Below, piece after piece: positions 35,406-47,109 of a stretch of DNA of 56,144 nucleotides. Numbering within the stretch: the stretch's first letter is position 1; every line of letters begins with the position of its first letter. The position numbers and the translations under genes were made by a program. The notes beneath the pieces are model-generated. The model made no database searches. It worked only from the letters and a program-made list of their open reading frames with translations, and was not told the DNA's origin. The stretch lies in assembly GCA_002269645.1 (NCBI GenBank), contig NIVC01002455.1:183159-239302 (forward strand), in the 5' to 3' direction. This DNA comes from Macrostomum lignano (Eukaryota).

Positions 35406-36172
35406 GCTTGACAGATGACTTTATTCGATGCGCTGATCATATGCTAAGGCGGCAGAGTCCATGAAAAAGACACTCAACCCATTTGTAAAACCCAGGAAGC
35501 GGCTTTTTCTGCCGCGCTCAATGCCGCCATCCATTGTGAGGCAGTCCGGACTGCTCTCAGCCCTGGCTGACAGCTCAGCGCATAAGTGGATCGATGCGGC
35601 AAGCCAGCTCACATCCTCGCTCTTGAAGGTGTCAGGAGAAGCCCAACCAATTCAATAGGAGGCGGCTCTCATTTGCTAACAATGAAAGCAGAGAATCTGT
35701 GAGCAGCAGCTAAAGAAGCCGAAATGAAACAAGCCAAGGTGGTGTATTTGAAAAATAGGCTTCTAAATGATGAGCTTATGAATCTGGAAGGGTCATCAAA
35801 ACTTCCTGAGGTCAGCGAGTCGGGAGTCGGGCAGCACGCCTAGAGGTTTTCCCAGTCGATATGAATTGAGGAATGAAAGATTAGGAAACCGGAGGTGCAA
35901 ACAAAAGTGGGAATTTCAGTAGGAATTCTTGCCTTGAAAAAAACTTTTGCGATGACTCAGCCGCGGTTCCAAAAATTGTTTGCTCACCCACTTCACTGAT
36001 TCCACGCGACGCAGGGTCTCACGGGTAACCTAGCCAATGGATTGTGTCAATTTAGTAATCTGGGACTCGCATTTTGCTTCTCTAAGGGCGTTCAGGGCAC
36101 CGAGTGCTAGTGCAGCTTTTAAAACAGACCAAAAATCAGCAGCGACGTCCAGGTGAACTCTGCTTTGTAAAC

Positions 36173-36885
36173 CATTCAATACAGTGTGGATCTCATGGAT
36201 CGGGCATTCAATACAGTGTGGATCTCATGGATCGGACATTCAATACAGTGTGGATCTCATGGATCGGGCATTCAATGCAGTGTGGATCTCATGGATCGGG
36301 CATTCAATACAGTGTGGATCTCATGGATCGGACATTCAATACAGTGTGGATCTCATGGATCGGGCATTCAATGCAGTGTGGATCTCATGGATCGGACATT
36401 CAATACAGTGTGGAGCTCAGTGAGATCATGGATCGAACATTCAATACAGTGTGGATCTCAGTGAGATCATGGATCGAACATTCAATACAGTGTGGAGCTC
36501 AGTGAGCTCATGGATCGGGCATTCAATACAGTGTGGATCTCAGTGAGATCATGGATCGAACATGCAATACAGTGTGGAGCTCAGTGAGCTCATGGATCGG
36601 GCATTCAATACAGTGTGGATCTCAGTGAGATCATGGATCGGGCATTCAATACAGTGTGGATCTCATGGATCGGACATTCAATACAGTGTCGATCTCAGTG
36701 AGATCATGGATCGGGCATTCAATACAGTGTGGATCTCATGGATCGGGCATTCAATACAGTGTGGATCTCATTGATCGGACATTCAATGCAGTGTGGATCT
36801 CATGGATCGGACATTCAATGCAGTGTGGATCTCATGGATCGGACATTCAATACAGTGTGGATCTCAGTGAGCTCATGGATCGGGC
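36173..36885. repeat. 32/41-bp minisatellite
   Basis: Unit CATTCAATACAGTGTGGATCTCATGGATCGGG; the 41-bp variant contains a 15-bp interrupted palindrome. Confidence 0.95.
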
Positions 36886-38215
36886 ATGCGAGCCGACTGG
36901 CAGATTTTTGCGAGAGTGCATGAAAAGTTTACAACTCTAAAAATTCATTGGCACTCTCATCTCTTCAACAGTCATAATTTGCTCAATATTTTTACCAGCA
37001 TAAATAAGCCATCAAATGAAGAAGCTGCCGGTTTGCGCACAGTATGATATATTAATATATTTGTACACAGGCTCAGCAGTACAGAGACTGGGAGAGACAA
37101 AGGGGCCAGTGGGGATCAACGATTTGCAGGCTAGCACAGTCTACAGTTGCAACTGATGCGGCCCGACCTCGAAACGAATCGGTTGCAGCAGCAGCAACTG
37201 CGCACTGTGGGAAAGTGAGGGGCTAGCATAGCATTGCTACCAGCCCATATGGCACTCGGCTGCGACTAAAAACAATTTCTGCTACTAGAAGAGACAGAGA
37301 GCGATAGAGAGGGTATGGAGAGAGGTGCGGCAAATGCAGGGCGCTCCGAGAACAGTTAGCTACAGCAGACAGCGGGTGCCCAGACGCTCGTAATTAGTTG
37401 TTAGGCGTTGCGCACTGCACAGACACTGCGCTGAGTAAATAAAACCTTCTTGACAGAGAGAGAGGGTGCGAAGAGAGGCAGCAGGGAGGCTGTGGGCCGG
37501 ACTGAACGAGCCGGTGGGCGGATTGCACTAATAGACTATTGAAAGGGAGATAGAGCAGAGATGAAGCAGAGAGGCTGAAGAGGTGTCGCTGGAGCAGCCG
37601 TATGGAGTCAGTCGTGTAATGAAAATAACATAAAGCTGCGCTAACCATGCATTGTCTGTGCATCAAAACTCCCTTCTCTACGTATACGGTATTCCGAGTT
37701 TAGAGCAGAGCTAGAGATTATTTAACCTAAGCAGGAAAGGCGAAGGACTGTTAAATTAGAACGACGCGGCACTTCTCAAATCTTGAAAGCGTTTTGAGTT
37801 AGGCAGGGCTTTCAAAGGTTAAGGCTAAGATGCAGTTGCTAGTGAGGACTCAGAAAGTGTTAATTAGGCTCACATGTTTGTCTAGCTTTATATACAGTTC
37901 GGAAAATATATACTTATTAACTTCCCAAGAGATCGCACGCCATTCTGTAGCCCTTAAACAGGACATCAATAGGATACAAAATTAAACAGTTCATTACAAG
38001 CAGTGCAGCGATTGTGACCAACACGAATCAGCATCCAGGCTCGTATGCGAGAGGTAGACACTCACAATGGGTTAAGATTAAAACAGATAATTGGCGCCAA
38101 CATCAAAAGAGGAGACAGTCGCGATAGAAGCTGTATGGATGGACTGTGCAGTGTCTTGGCCGGCTATAGTCAAAAGTTCAAGGCCTCCCTCCGCCAGCGA
38201 TGATTGAACCTCCCG

Positions 38216-39430
38216 TCAGGTCGATGACTCACCGATGACTGGCGAGGACTCTGGACTGGAGTGAACGTCGTCCAGAACGTTCACCGGGTTCGCTCGATTA
38301 GGTGGCAGCGGGTGCTGGAACTGGGGCTGGAACTGGAGCTGGTGCTGGTGCTGCAATGTCCTCAGCGGCAGCGGCCGGACCAGATGGCTTCGCTCGGATT
38401 CGGACGCGGACTCGGAGGGCGTCCGCGGATCCGAGGTTCCCGCAGAATTGTCCCGCGAGGTGCCACCGCCGCTGCCGCTGCCACCTTTGCCTGCGGCTGC
38501 GCCGAACAGTCTTTGGTCGGAGTGATCGCGGCCTGCAGTGGTGCGGGTGCGGGCGAAGGCGGAATAGGTCAGCTGGTACTGGCCCGTGCCGTCTTCCTCG
38601 TCGTCTGGCGCGTTGCCACCGCCATGACCCCCGGGTTGCTCCATGGAGCTGCTCTTCTGCAGTCGGCGCCGTCCACCGGGGATGGCTGTGATCATTGTTG
38701 AAGCCGGGTGCTGCTGTGGAACCGACGGGGGCGGTTGTGGTGGTGGCGGCGGCGGAGGATGATGTGGCGGGGGCGGAGGCTGCGTCTGGCGAAATCCGAA
38801 GGCTAACGACGTCGAAGTCGACGAAACCATGCCAGGCGGCTGTCGAACTGTTTGCCTTCCAGTTTGAAACAGGCAGGAGGCACTCTTGGCGAATTTCGAC
38901 GAGTGGTGCTGCTGACTTTGTTGCTGCTGTTGCTTTTGCTGCGGCTGCTGCTGCTGCTGCTGCTGATAAAGCATCTGACTGTGGTGCTGAAGCGCTGGGA
39001 AGCCGGCCAAAGCCGGGAAAGTGACAGAGCCCGGGATCGCTGGCTGGGGCCGGTCGCCAAAGTACAGCGAGTGCATGGAGTCGCGCACAGTGTATTTGTC
39101 CCACAGCAGCCGGCCATCTTCATCCAGAGCGTACACGGGGTGCTGCTGCGTCTGCTGGTGCAGCTGGTCCAAGCTGATGGTCTGGTGCGGGCCGCGGTGC
39201 TGACCGGCGGCCAGAGTCGGCTGCTGCGGAACAGGAGGCAACGGCGGCATCGTGTGCTGCGGCTGCTGCTGCTGCGGCTGCTGCTGCTGCTCCGCCGTCT
39301 GACTCCCGCGCCTGTCCTTGCAGAATGGCAGGCGAGCGGCAAGCCGGAACCAGCACAGCAGGAAAACGATGAAGGCAACGATAACCACGAGTGTGGGCAG
39401 CAGGACGCCGAGATAAAACAGCAGCTCCAT
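38216..39430 (-). CDS. Single-pass membrane protein with a long Q/P/S-rich disordered cytoplasmic tail (404-aa ORF; may be the last exon of a longer gene)
   Basis: Hydrophobic helix LLFYLGVLLPTLVVIVAFIVFLLCWF followed by basic residues; a strong splice acceptor lies 13 nt upstream of the ATG. Confidence 0.7.
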   Translation of the reverse strand: MELLFYLGVLLPTLVVIVAFIVFLLCWFRLAARLPFCKDRRGSQTAEQQQQPQQQQPQHTMPPLPPVPQQPTLAAGQHRGPHQTISLDQLHQQTQQHPVYALDEDGRLLWDKYTVRDSMHSLYFGDRPQPAIPGSVTFPALAGFPALQHHSQMLYQQQQQQQPQQKQQQQQSQQHHSSKFAKSASCLFQTGRQTVRQPPGMVSSTSTSLAFGFRQTQPPPPPHHPPPPPPPQPPPSVPQQHPASTMITAIPGGRRRLQKSSSMEQPGGHGGGNAPDDEEDGTGQYQLTYSAFARTRTTAGRDHSDQRLFGAAAGKGGSGSGGGTSRDNSAGTSDPRTPSESASESERSHLVRPLPLRTLQHQHQLQFQPQFQHPLPPNRANPVNVLDDVHSSPESSPVIGESST

Positions 39431-42400
39431 CTGCCATCGCCGACTGGCCGGAGACGGAGAAGAGAAGGACGGAGAGAGCCGGCGAGTTTTGCTCTTTGAT
39501 GCCTCAGTTGGCTTCTCTTAACGTTCCTGGCCGGGCCTGGCGCTCCTCCAGGAGGGTTGGACGTTTGAGGGTGAGCGGGCCAAGGAACGGTGGGCCACAA
39601 GCTGCTATTGGCTGGCCGGGGGAACGTAGGAATGCCTCCGTGCACTCCGCGTGTTCTCTCTCTCTCTCTTCTTGGCCTCAGCTCCAAAATCTACACGGGC
39701 TGAAATGGAATGGAAAGGTTTTTTAGCTCGGTTTGGTTTCAGCAATGCGCTCCAACTCCTAGGCTCCCTTCGCTTTGTCTCCGGCCCTGCCCTTTCCCAT
39801 TGTTCACTGGGGAATCGGGGATTCCTTATCTGGCAGCTCAGGGAGGCGGCAAGGAATTCAGCTCCAGGTGAACAGGATCTGAGCGAGTCGCGCACAGGAA
39901 GACAAGCCCGGGAGAGAAAGATGACGAAGGGAGAAAAAGTGTTGGGGATTTTTTGGCGCCGCCAGGAAGGAAGCAGAAGCGCATTTGACCGACTGGAAGC
40001 TCAGGTCCTGTGTTCCGCGCTTCCTGCCAAATCCCAGTGTCTCCCGATTTCCTTTCCCGCGCTTCCGTCATCCTTGCCGCGGCCTCTCCTCTCCTCGCTC
40101 CTCCCCGCCAAGCCCGCCGTGTCAACCTCTTCAAGCTGGGGTTGGTGCGAAATCGGTGTCATGGGATTTGAAACAACCGCCTCTCCCCAGCAGAGCCCAC
40201 CTGCTTTAATTTTATCCGCCAAGAATCCATTCAGCCTCCGCTCCCATCATCGTCATGTAACAAAATCCCCTCTCCCAGTGCCAGTTCGCTGATCGACAGG
40301 TGGGTCTCCCACTTGGGCCGGCGGGGAGTGCAGGGGGACCAAATTCACCCCGGATCCTCGCATTTCACCCCCACCCAACTAGCAGTCTCATTAAAGCGTG
40401 CAAGATGAGACACCTTCTGCCCCATCGTTCCCCAGCTTCCACTCAGCAATGCCACTGCCCGCCCCTGCCTGATGACGTGTGAAGAGAAAAGTCATTAGTC
40501 CGATGCGAAGTGAACAGCCCTGGCTGGCAGCTCCCGGCAGCCATCGGACACCCCGCCGCATTTCTCTGTTTGTCCCGGCAGCCCCGCCTGCCGCGGTGTT
40601 AAACACCGAGACGCGGACAGACAGACAGCAACAGTAAACTGCATTCAGCAGCATCACATTTTTGCGCGCTTCATCACTCGCTTCTCAGCAGAGCCACTCC
40701 CCTGCAGTGAACCGGGGCAGTTAACACCCCCAGCGGGAGGAGGAAAATGAAGGCAGCAACAAACAAAAGAGGAAGTAAAAAAGAGGTCTCTCGTCACTTC
40801 TCCTCTCCAACCCTCTCCCCACCTGCAGTTTAAGCCGCACGGGGGTGGCTGCCCATTCTTTTCAAGCTTTCACACACGGCAGGGCTAAAAAGTGCTGCCC
40901 GAGCCGCTCCAGTCAGTCTTTGAAAGCCGATCGACTGAGGGCTCTCCCGGCCAGGCGCTCCGGTTGCTGTGTGCCAAAGCCGAGAGCCCGTTAAAAGCAT
41001 TTTCAGCAGGTCCCAAGTGCAATGCGAGCCACTGCAGGCTTGGCGGGGAGTTGGGGAGAAGCAGAGCATGTGGGGATCCTGACGGGACAATGGGTTTTCA
41101 CCTGCCTGACTTTCTCTCTCCCCAGTTCTCATTCTACATCGGTGGGATTTTCTCCAATTTTGGCATCCCTAGACAGGGGGGAGCAAAGTGGAACTGCTCA
41201 CTGTGGGTGTGGAAGCCCTGCTAAACAGTCCCTCTCACCACCCCTCTCTTGCTCACCTCTCTGGCCCTCTTAATTGCCGGCATTTCCGATCCCTGAGCAG
41301 CCGAGGGCGCGAGGATTCCAAGAGGGGGAAGTGCGAGGAGAGGTGGAGTTTTTGGCAGCGGCTCTGGCTCAATGTCTCCAGTGTGAATTGCAGTGTGGGG
41401 TGACTGGCAGGCGGACATTGTGGGGCAGAGACAGTCCAGTCAGGGACAGTCGGAAGGGCCGGTCCGGTCTCCCAGCTGTCTGCGGGAGCTTCCTCTCCCG
41501 CCACTGTTGCCAACGCCGTGGGAGCTTTTCAACTCGCTATGAATGATTCCTGATCCGCCTCAACTCTTTCATTCACTCTCGCGCGGGCCCTGCAGTTCCA
41601 ATTTTCACACCGACCGGCCATTGCAACAAAAACATTTCAGACGCTGCGGGCTTCCGGCCCCGATTGTTGTGCGGCCCCGCCGGGCTGCGCTAATTGGAAT
41701 TTAATTAAAATTCTTGCCGCCCAGAGTCGCTGCAAGCATCAGACGGAGAGCTGCCTTATCTGGACCCAGCCACCCCCCCCCCACTACACGGCAACTTGAA
41801 TCGGCCTGCTTTCCACAGCACCACTCGGCGGAGCGGGACAAGGGTCATCATTAGTTAGGAGAGCTTCGGTTGCAATCCGACCCCGTGTTTGGCGAGGCTC
41901 GAGAGTTGCGCAACCGGCCGGGCCCAGCGCTTCCCCCCACCCCTCAAAACAGCGGATAAAGCAAAAATAGGCCATTTCGAAAGCCACTCGAGTCCAATCG
42001 TGTCTTCAAGCCCAGCTTTCAGCCTCTGGCTCGCCGCTCTGTTTTCTCTCTGGGGCCAAGCGGCAGTCCGGACGGCACGCGCTGCAGCTTCCTGCATCTC
42101 AGATGAAGCGCCATCTGCCCCCCCCCCTGGAACGGACTGAGAGAGCGGATCAGCTCTGCACAGCCGCTCGGCAACCAAAAAGAATTATCCCTAATTCCCC
42201 GCTTTTCTTCTCCCCAGGCCTCAAACCGGGAGAGCTGGGCTCGCCATCAGCCTCTATTAATTCCGACCGGAGCCCCGGCTTTCCCTCTTTTTCTCTCTCT
42301 CTCTCTCTCTCTCTCTGTTCCTTACTGATCCGCCGGCAAACGGAGACACGCGGACTGGACGCTGGAAGCTGAAACGGCAAAATTATATTTATCGAGCGTG

Positions 42401-45027
42401 CTGCGCTTCCCTGATCCCCTGAACTCATTCTGCCCGGGAGCCAAATAGAGCTGCATCGTCTGTGCTCTCATCCACTTCTCGTTGTCGTTCGAGTCTCTCT
42501 GTCCTATCTTTATTCCCAGCATTGAAGGCAGCTGGCAAGTCTGGGAGGGAGGGGGAAGTGTGGGGATAAATTCCCCTGGCGCACGCGCGCTAGCACAAAA
42601 GCAAAGAGAAAGCGGGATTTGGGGGGCTGATTTCTGGGGGAGTGGAAAACTTTTGGGTAGGGGAAAACCGCAGCCGTCGGCAGCATCAGAATTCGCCCAT
42701 TTTCAAATCCTTCGATTTGCTTTCCTCCACTGTCGCCTCTCCCTCTCCTCCCCGATCCGCTCCATATGTTTTGCTAAGCCGTCTGGGGCCGCTGTGGAAC
42801 CCAATCTTTGTTACGTAATCTCTTTGTTTTGCGATCGCTGCTCGGCGGCGCTTTCGGCTTGAAGTTTTTTTTCCTCTCGCTGGGGCGCTGAGCAGAGAGC
42901 GGCAGGGAGCCCCGCTGGGACGCAGCTTTTGTCAGACCGGGCCGGGAGGATCCGTGCGATACGGGGGGGGGGGTTGTCTGGCGGACGGACAGAGAGAGAG
43001 AGTGTGCCGGGGCTAATAAAGTTTGAGTGCCTTTTAATAATGCACAAGTCATTGAGCTGGCTGGGGCTGGGACTCCGCCCTTGGCTAATTTGGCGCAAAA
43101 TTTCAGTCTGAGAACGCTGAGACCAGCCGGCGGGGAAGAGAAACGGTTTTATCCCAATCGAAATAATCCTCACAATCGTTTGGAATTATCTGGTAAGGCT
43201 GAGCAAAACCAGCCTTGAAGCCGCTAGCAGTATCTGCAAACGAAATGGAAAATTTCTGTCAATTCAAAGCACTGCATAGGATTTCTCAGTTCGGTTTGCC
43301 GACAGGGCCGCAGGTTTTCTTGGGAGGCTTTTTGCCAGGCGGCCGAGGTGTGCCCGCCAGGTGTTTGCTCTGCCGGGTCAGTCGGGAAGGGCCGAGTCTG
43401 CGTGCCCATCCATTTGCACTGGCTGTAAAGATTCCTGATATTGCCGCTGTTTGCGTAGCGGCCATTGTCAGATAGCCCCCCGTCATCATTCTTCTTCTTT
43501 CTGTCCTTCTGTCTGCGTTTCCCTGCCTGTACGCTCGCGCTTAGCTGATAAAAATTCGCTGCTTCAATGCAGAGAGCGGCGGTGCAATAAATTGAAGGCA
43601 GCCAGAGATATTAATCTACGAGGAGTGAAATTTGAGACTTGATTGACAGCTGGTCGCCGGGAGATGCAATTGGCAATTGTAATTGGCAGTCGTGAATTGT
43701 TTAAGCTCTGTGCAGCAGCACTCCTGCGACTTTGGCTGAATATTCCCACACGTGATGCTGCCGGCTCAATCTGAATCCAGGGACAACTTAAGAACACAAA
43801 ACTCGACGAATCCATGAGCTACAGGCAGTGACAGTGGAAGGACGTCTGGTAACTGTTAAAGTAGCAGTTATATGATTAAAGAGTTAATTAGTTAGATCAC
43901 GTTATTATTTATGAAAAATTAAAAGTCTACAACACAGATGATGATTTTAGCTGTTCGTATTCTTTCAACCAGGCGTGCCGGTCTCAAAACTTCCCAGCCG
44001 AATCAGAGGCTGGGGGCATTCATCACCACTGGGGAGTTTGAGGCCGGCTGGCTCCGTTCGAGCTCAATCAAAAACTTAATTTCCGTCTTGACAGGCTCGC
44101 TGGGAAATAGCTGGTTGGGGCTGCAGGAGTTGGGCCGGGGTCTGCTCCGTTCTTGGGGGTGGCGCCTCGATGCTGGTTGAGATTTCTTGTATCCATGGCC
44201 TGGTCGCCAAACGTCTGCCTCTGAGTCGGTCGATCAGTCATTTCCGTCTCACCCCCGGCCTGGCATATCGGAGCTTACGGAGAAGATGGGAGAGACGCGG
44301 CCAAGAGGACGGGGGACCTTGACAGATTTTCCAGTTCCCAGAAGCAGATGCCGCCAAGATTGGATGCTGGTTCTCTGCATGGCGGGTGATATTTTTTCGC
44401 TATCAACTCAGTGTAGACACCCAGAACCAGCCCAGCCTCCCGCGGGTGCTTACGCTCGAGTGTTCCATTGTGATTGCGTATCAGAAAAATCGAATCTCAT
44501 CTTCAGCTGAAAAACGCCGTCTTCTCAGCCAGGCGTGGAGCAAATCTCTGACGGCAAGTCGCTAGCCAAGGACAGACTGCTTTGATTTACGCTCTGCTTA
44601 CTGAGCATTGTCGAACTCAGCTCCAAGTACATTAGTCTAGATTTATTGTTTGTTGCCTGTCGTCAGCTGTATTAGGTTAACCTCGAGCCTGCTCAACTAT
44701 CTCAAGCGGCCTCATGTTATGCTTGCTCTTGGGGGTAATTTGATAGGTTTGTGTGGATGTATCCATCTTTTCTGCGCATATTTGCCATTCAATATTTTGT
44801 CAAGTACTATTAGTGCAAAATGTTTAGATGCACACACAAGTTTATAGTTGGAGCTGCTGACAAGATTAAATGGGGACATCCGCTTGTCGCAGCTAGCAGA
44901 TATTAAAGACTTCCGGTGCACGGTGGCTCTAGCTTTGAAACATCGGAGCAGTGACCAGGCGCTAAAAGGTAGGTGAGAGGGCTACAGCAAATACTCGTAG
45001 CCTAACTCGAGATTTTAAAAACAAACC

Positions 45028-45053
45028 GGAAGTGCTGCTGTTATAAATATTCA
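45028..45053 (+). promoter_or_regulatory. TATA-containing promoter block of microprotein A
   Basis: GGAAGTGCTGCTGTTATAAATATTCA; 25/26 identical to 47778-47803. Confidence 0.6.
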
Positions 45054-45115
45054 TCCGCGCATCGACTTGTAACAAGCTTGGTAATCGTAAGGCTAAGGCA
45101 GAGCGCAACCAAGTC

Positions 45116-45337
45116 ATGTCAAGCACTGAAGACGCTGAAAAAATCAGAGTATGGATCTACGCGGTTTGGGGATCGGTCCTTCTGACCGGGTGGATCTGCA
45201 TCCTGTGCGCCTACTGCTGCTGCTGCCAGGAGACCTGCCGGCCGCAGATGGGGTCTAACCTGTTCGGCCGGGCCAGCAGCCAGGAGTACAGCCGGATCGG
45301 CTCGGGCGGCGGCTTCCGAAATGACAACAAAGTTTAG
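45116..45337 (+). CDS. Single-pass Cys-cluster microprotein A (73 aa)
   Basis: TM helix, then ILCAYCCCCQETCRPQMGSNLFGR, tail YSRI; paralogous to three neighbours. Confidence 0.75.
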   Translation: MSSTEDAEKIRVWIYAVWGSVLLTGWICILCAYCCCCQETCRPQMGSNLFGRASSQEYSRIGSGGGFRNDNKV

Positions 45338-45706
45338 ACGATATTCAAGTGCTCAAGAACTGTGATTTTACAAGTATTGTATATCAGCCTAACTGTCATC
45401 CCCTGAGAACAGCTTAGAACAAAAATCATTGCTGTACCTACGTATTAATACGATGGATATGCAGACAGTTACAGTTTTATAAAGTACGAATAATACATTA
45501 ATCTATCTCCAAATATATATTCACAGAGAGAAGTGAATCAATTGATGGTGTTTTATTTTAAATTCTGTTTTAAGTTCAGACTGAGCTTATAGCTACCATA
45601 TCTGTAAGGCTAACTGCTCTAAAATGAATCTTTTTTGCGTGAAATTTTTTCCCTAAATATTTCCTAGCCCATAATTTACCATCATTGACTTCAGAATTCA
45701 CTTTCG

Positions 45707-46176
45707 TTGGGTTACCATCCAGTTCCCATCGGGTTTATCATCCAGTCCCCATCGGGTTTATCATCCAGTTCCCATTGGGTTTACCATCCAGTTCCCATTG
45801 GGTTTACCATCCAGTTCCCATTGGGTTACCATCCAGTTCCCATTGGGTTTATCATCCAGTTCCCATTGGGTTTATCATCCAGTTCCCATTGGGTTACCAT
45901 CCAGTTCCCATTGGGTTTATCATCCAGTTCCCATTGGGTTTATCATCCAGTTCCCATTGGGTTACCATCCAGTTCCCATTGGGTTTATCATCCAGTTCCC
46001 ATTGGGTTACCATCCAGTTCCCATTGAGTTTATCATCCAGTTCCCATTGGGTTACCATCCAGTTCCCATTGGGTTACCATCCAGTTCCCATTGAGTTTAT
46101 CATCCAGTTCCCATTGGGTTTATCATCCAGTTCCCATTGGGTTACCATCCAGTTCCCATTGGGTTTATCATCCAGT
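45707..46176. repeat. 22/23-bp minisatellite (CATCCAGTTCCCATTGGGTT(T)A(T/C))
   Basis: Read directly; one more unit follows the SINE at 46441-46467. Confidence 0.95.
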
Positions 46177-46432
46177 TGTAGCCTTGTGGACTCACGACTG
46201 AAAGACACTGAAAGGGCTCAAGACACTTAAATCTGCATTGCTTCAGTTCACCCAGCTGTAAAATTGGTGCCAGCATTAGCTGGGGTAACTGAGGGTGTGT
46301 GGCGACCCCCCAGTCCTTGGACTGAACAGCCGTACGCAGCCTTCAGATGCGCCGCACAATAGCTGCGGCTGAGCTGTCGGTTGCACATTGCCCATTAGGG
46401 CAGGTGTAATCAATTATTATTATTATTATTAC
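46175..46432 (+). mobile_element. Second copy of the CORE-like SINE, head rearranged, inserted near the end of a minisatellite
   Basis: Shares CTGCATTGCTTCAGTTCA.CCAGCTGTAAAAT.GGTGCCAGCATTAGCTGGG ... GCTGCGGCTGAGCTGTCGGTTGCAC ... CAGGTGTAATCAATTAT with 11068-11349; (ATT)n tail. Confidence 0.8.
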
Positions 46433-46815
46433 TATCATTAGGTTACTATCCAGTTCCCATTGGGTTTAATCATAATTTTCATAGAGCTCGAGAGAATCCT
46501 TCCGCACTGTGTTCTCGACAGCGGGGAGGCAATGTCGAATACACTAAAAACCATTGTGAATGATCGAACGCTAATTTCACGCTTATGCCAACAAGCTTGG
46601 AGACTTTTTCCTAGTAAACTGATAATCTTTTTCCTAAAAGCTCTTCAGGCGGATCTGGAGTTCGCTATAAACTTTATCAAACTAGTAAGCAAAAGAAAAC
46701 CGCGGCATCCCTACCGTATAAATCACCGGCTCCGCTGGTAACAGCGACCAGAGCCTTATAAGTCCCCAAGTTAGCTGGACTCAGAAGACTAATTCGGAGA
46801 ATTCGGTGAGCAAGC

Positions 46816-47109
46816 ATGGGAGGCACGACCCCTACGGATGCACAGTACAGCGAACAAGTCATATACATCAGAAACTGGGTGCCCGGCATCTTTCTGGCCA
46901 TCAAACTGGTGGCCAGCATCGGCATTCTGTGCGCCTACTACTGCTGCTGCCAGCAGCAGTGCCGGGCTCAGATGGGCTCAAAGCTGTTCGGCCAGAGACC
47001 AAAGAGCTGGTTGCCACAGAAGAACAACCAAAGCAGCCGCCTGGGAGCTACAGGCCATTGGGAAACAGCACTGATGCCATGGTTTAGTGACTGTCGACCA
47101 GTGCTTTGA
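46816..47109 (+). CDS. Single-pass Cys-cluster microprotein B (97 aa; tail possibly frameshifted)
   Basis: IGILCAYYCCCQQQCRAQMGSKLFG core preceded by a hydrophobic segment. Confidence 0.65.
   Translation: MGGTTPTDAQYSEQVIYIRNWVPGIFLAIKLVASIGILCAYYCCCQQQCRAQMGSKLFGQRPKSWLPQKNNQSSRLGATGHWETALMPWFSDCRPVL

Noticed and set aside
34305-35440. Three long - strand ORFs (297-360 aa, QASK/HPSI repeats)
   Set aside because: They come from a stop-poor 34/29-bp satellite that is open in several frames; no coding signal.
2397-46176. CRISPR-like appearance of 20-41-bp repeat arrays
   Set aside because: Units are head-to-tail with no unique spacers, there are no cas genes, and the DNA is eukaryotic.
46460-46741. 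93-aa ORF between microproteins A and B
   Set aside because: Starts at TTG inside a satellite remnant, lacks the family motif and has no other support.
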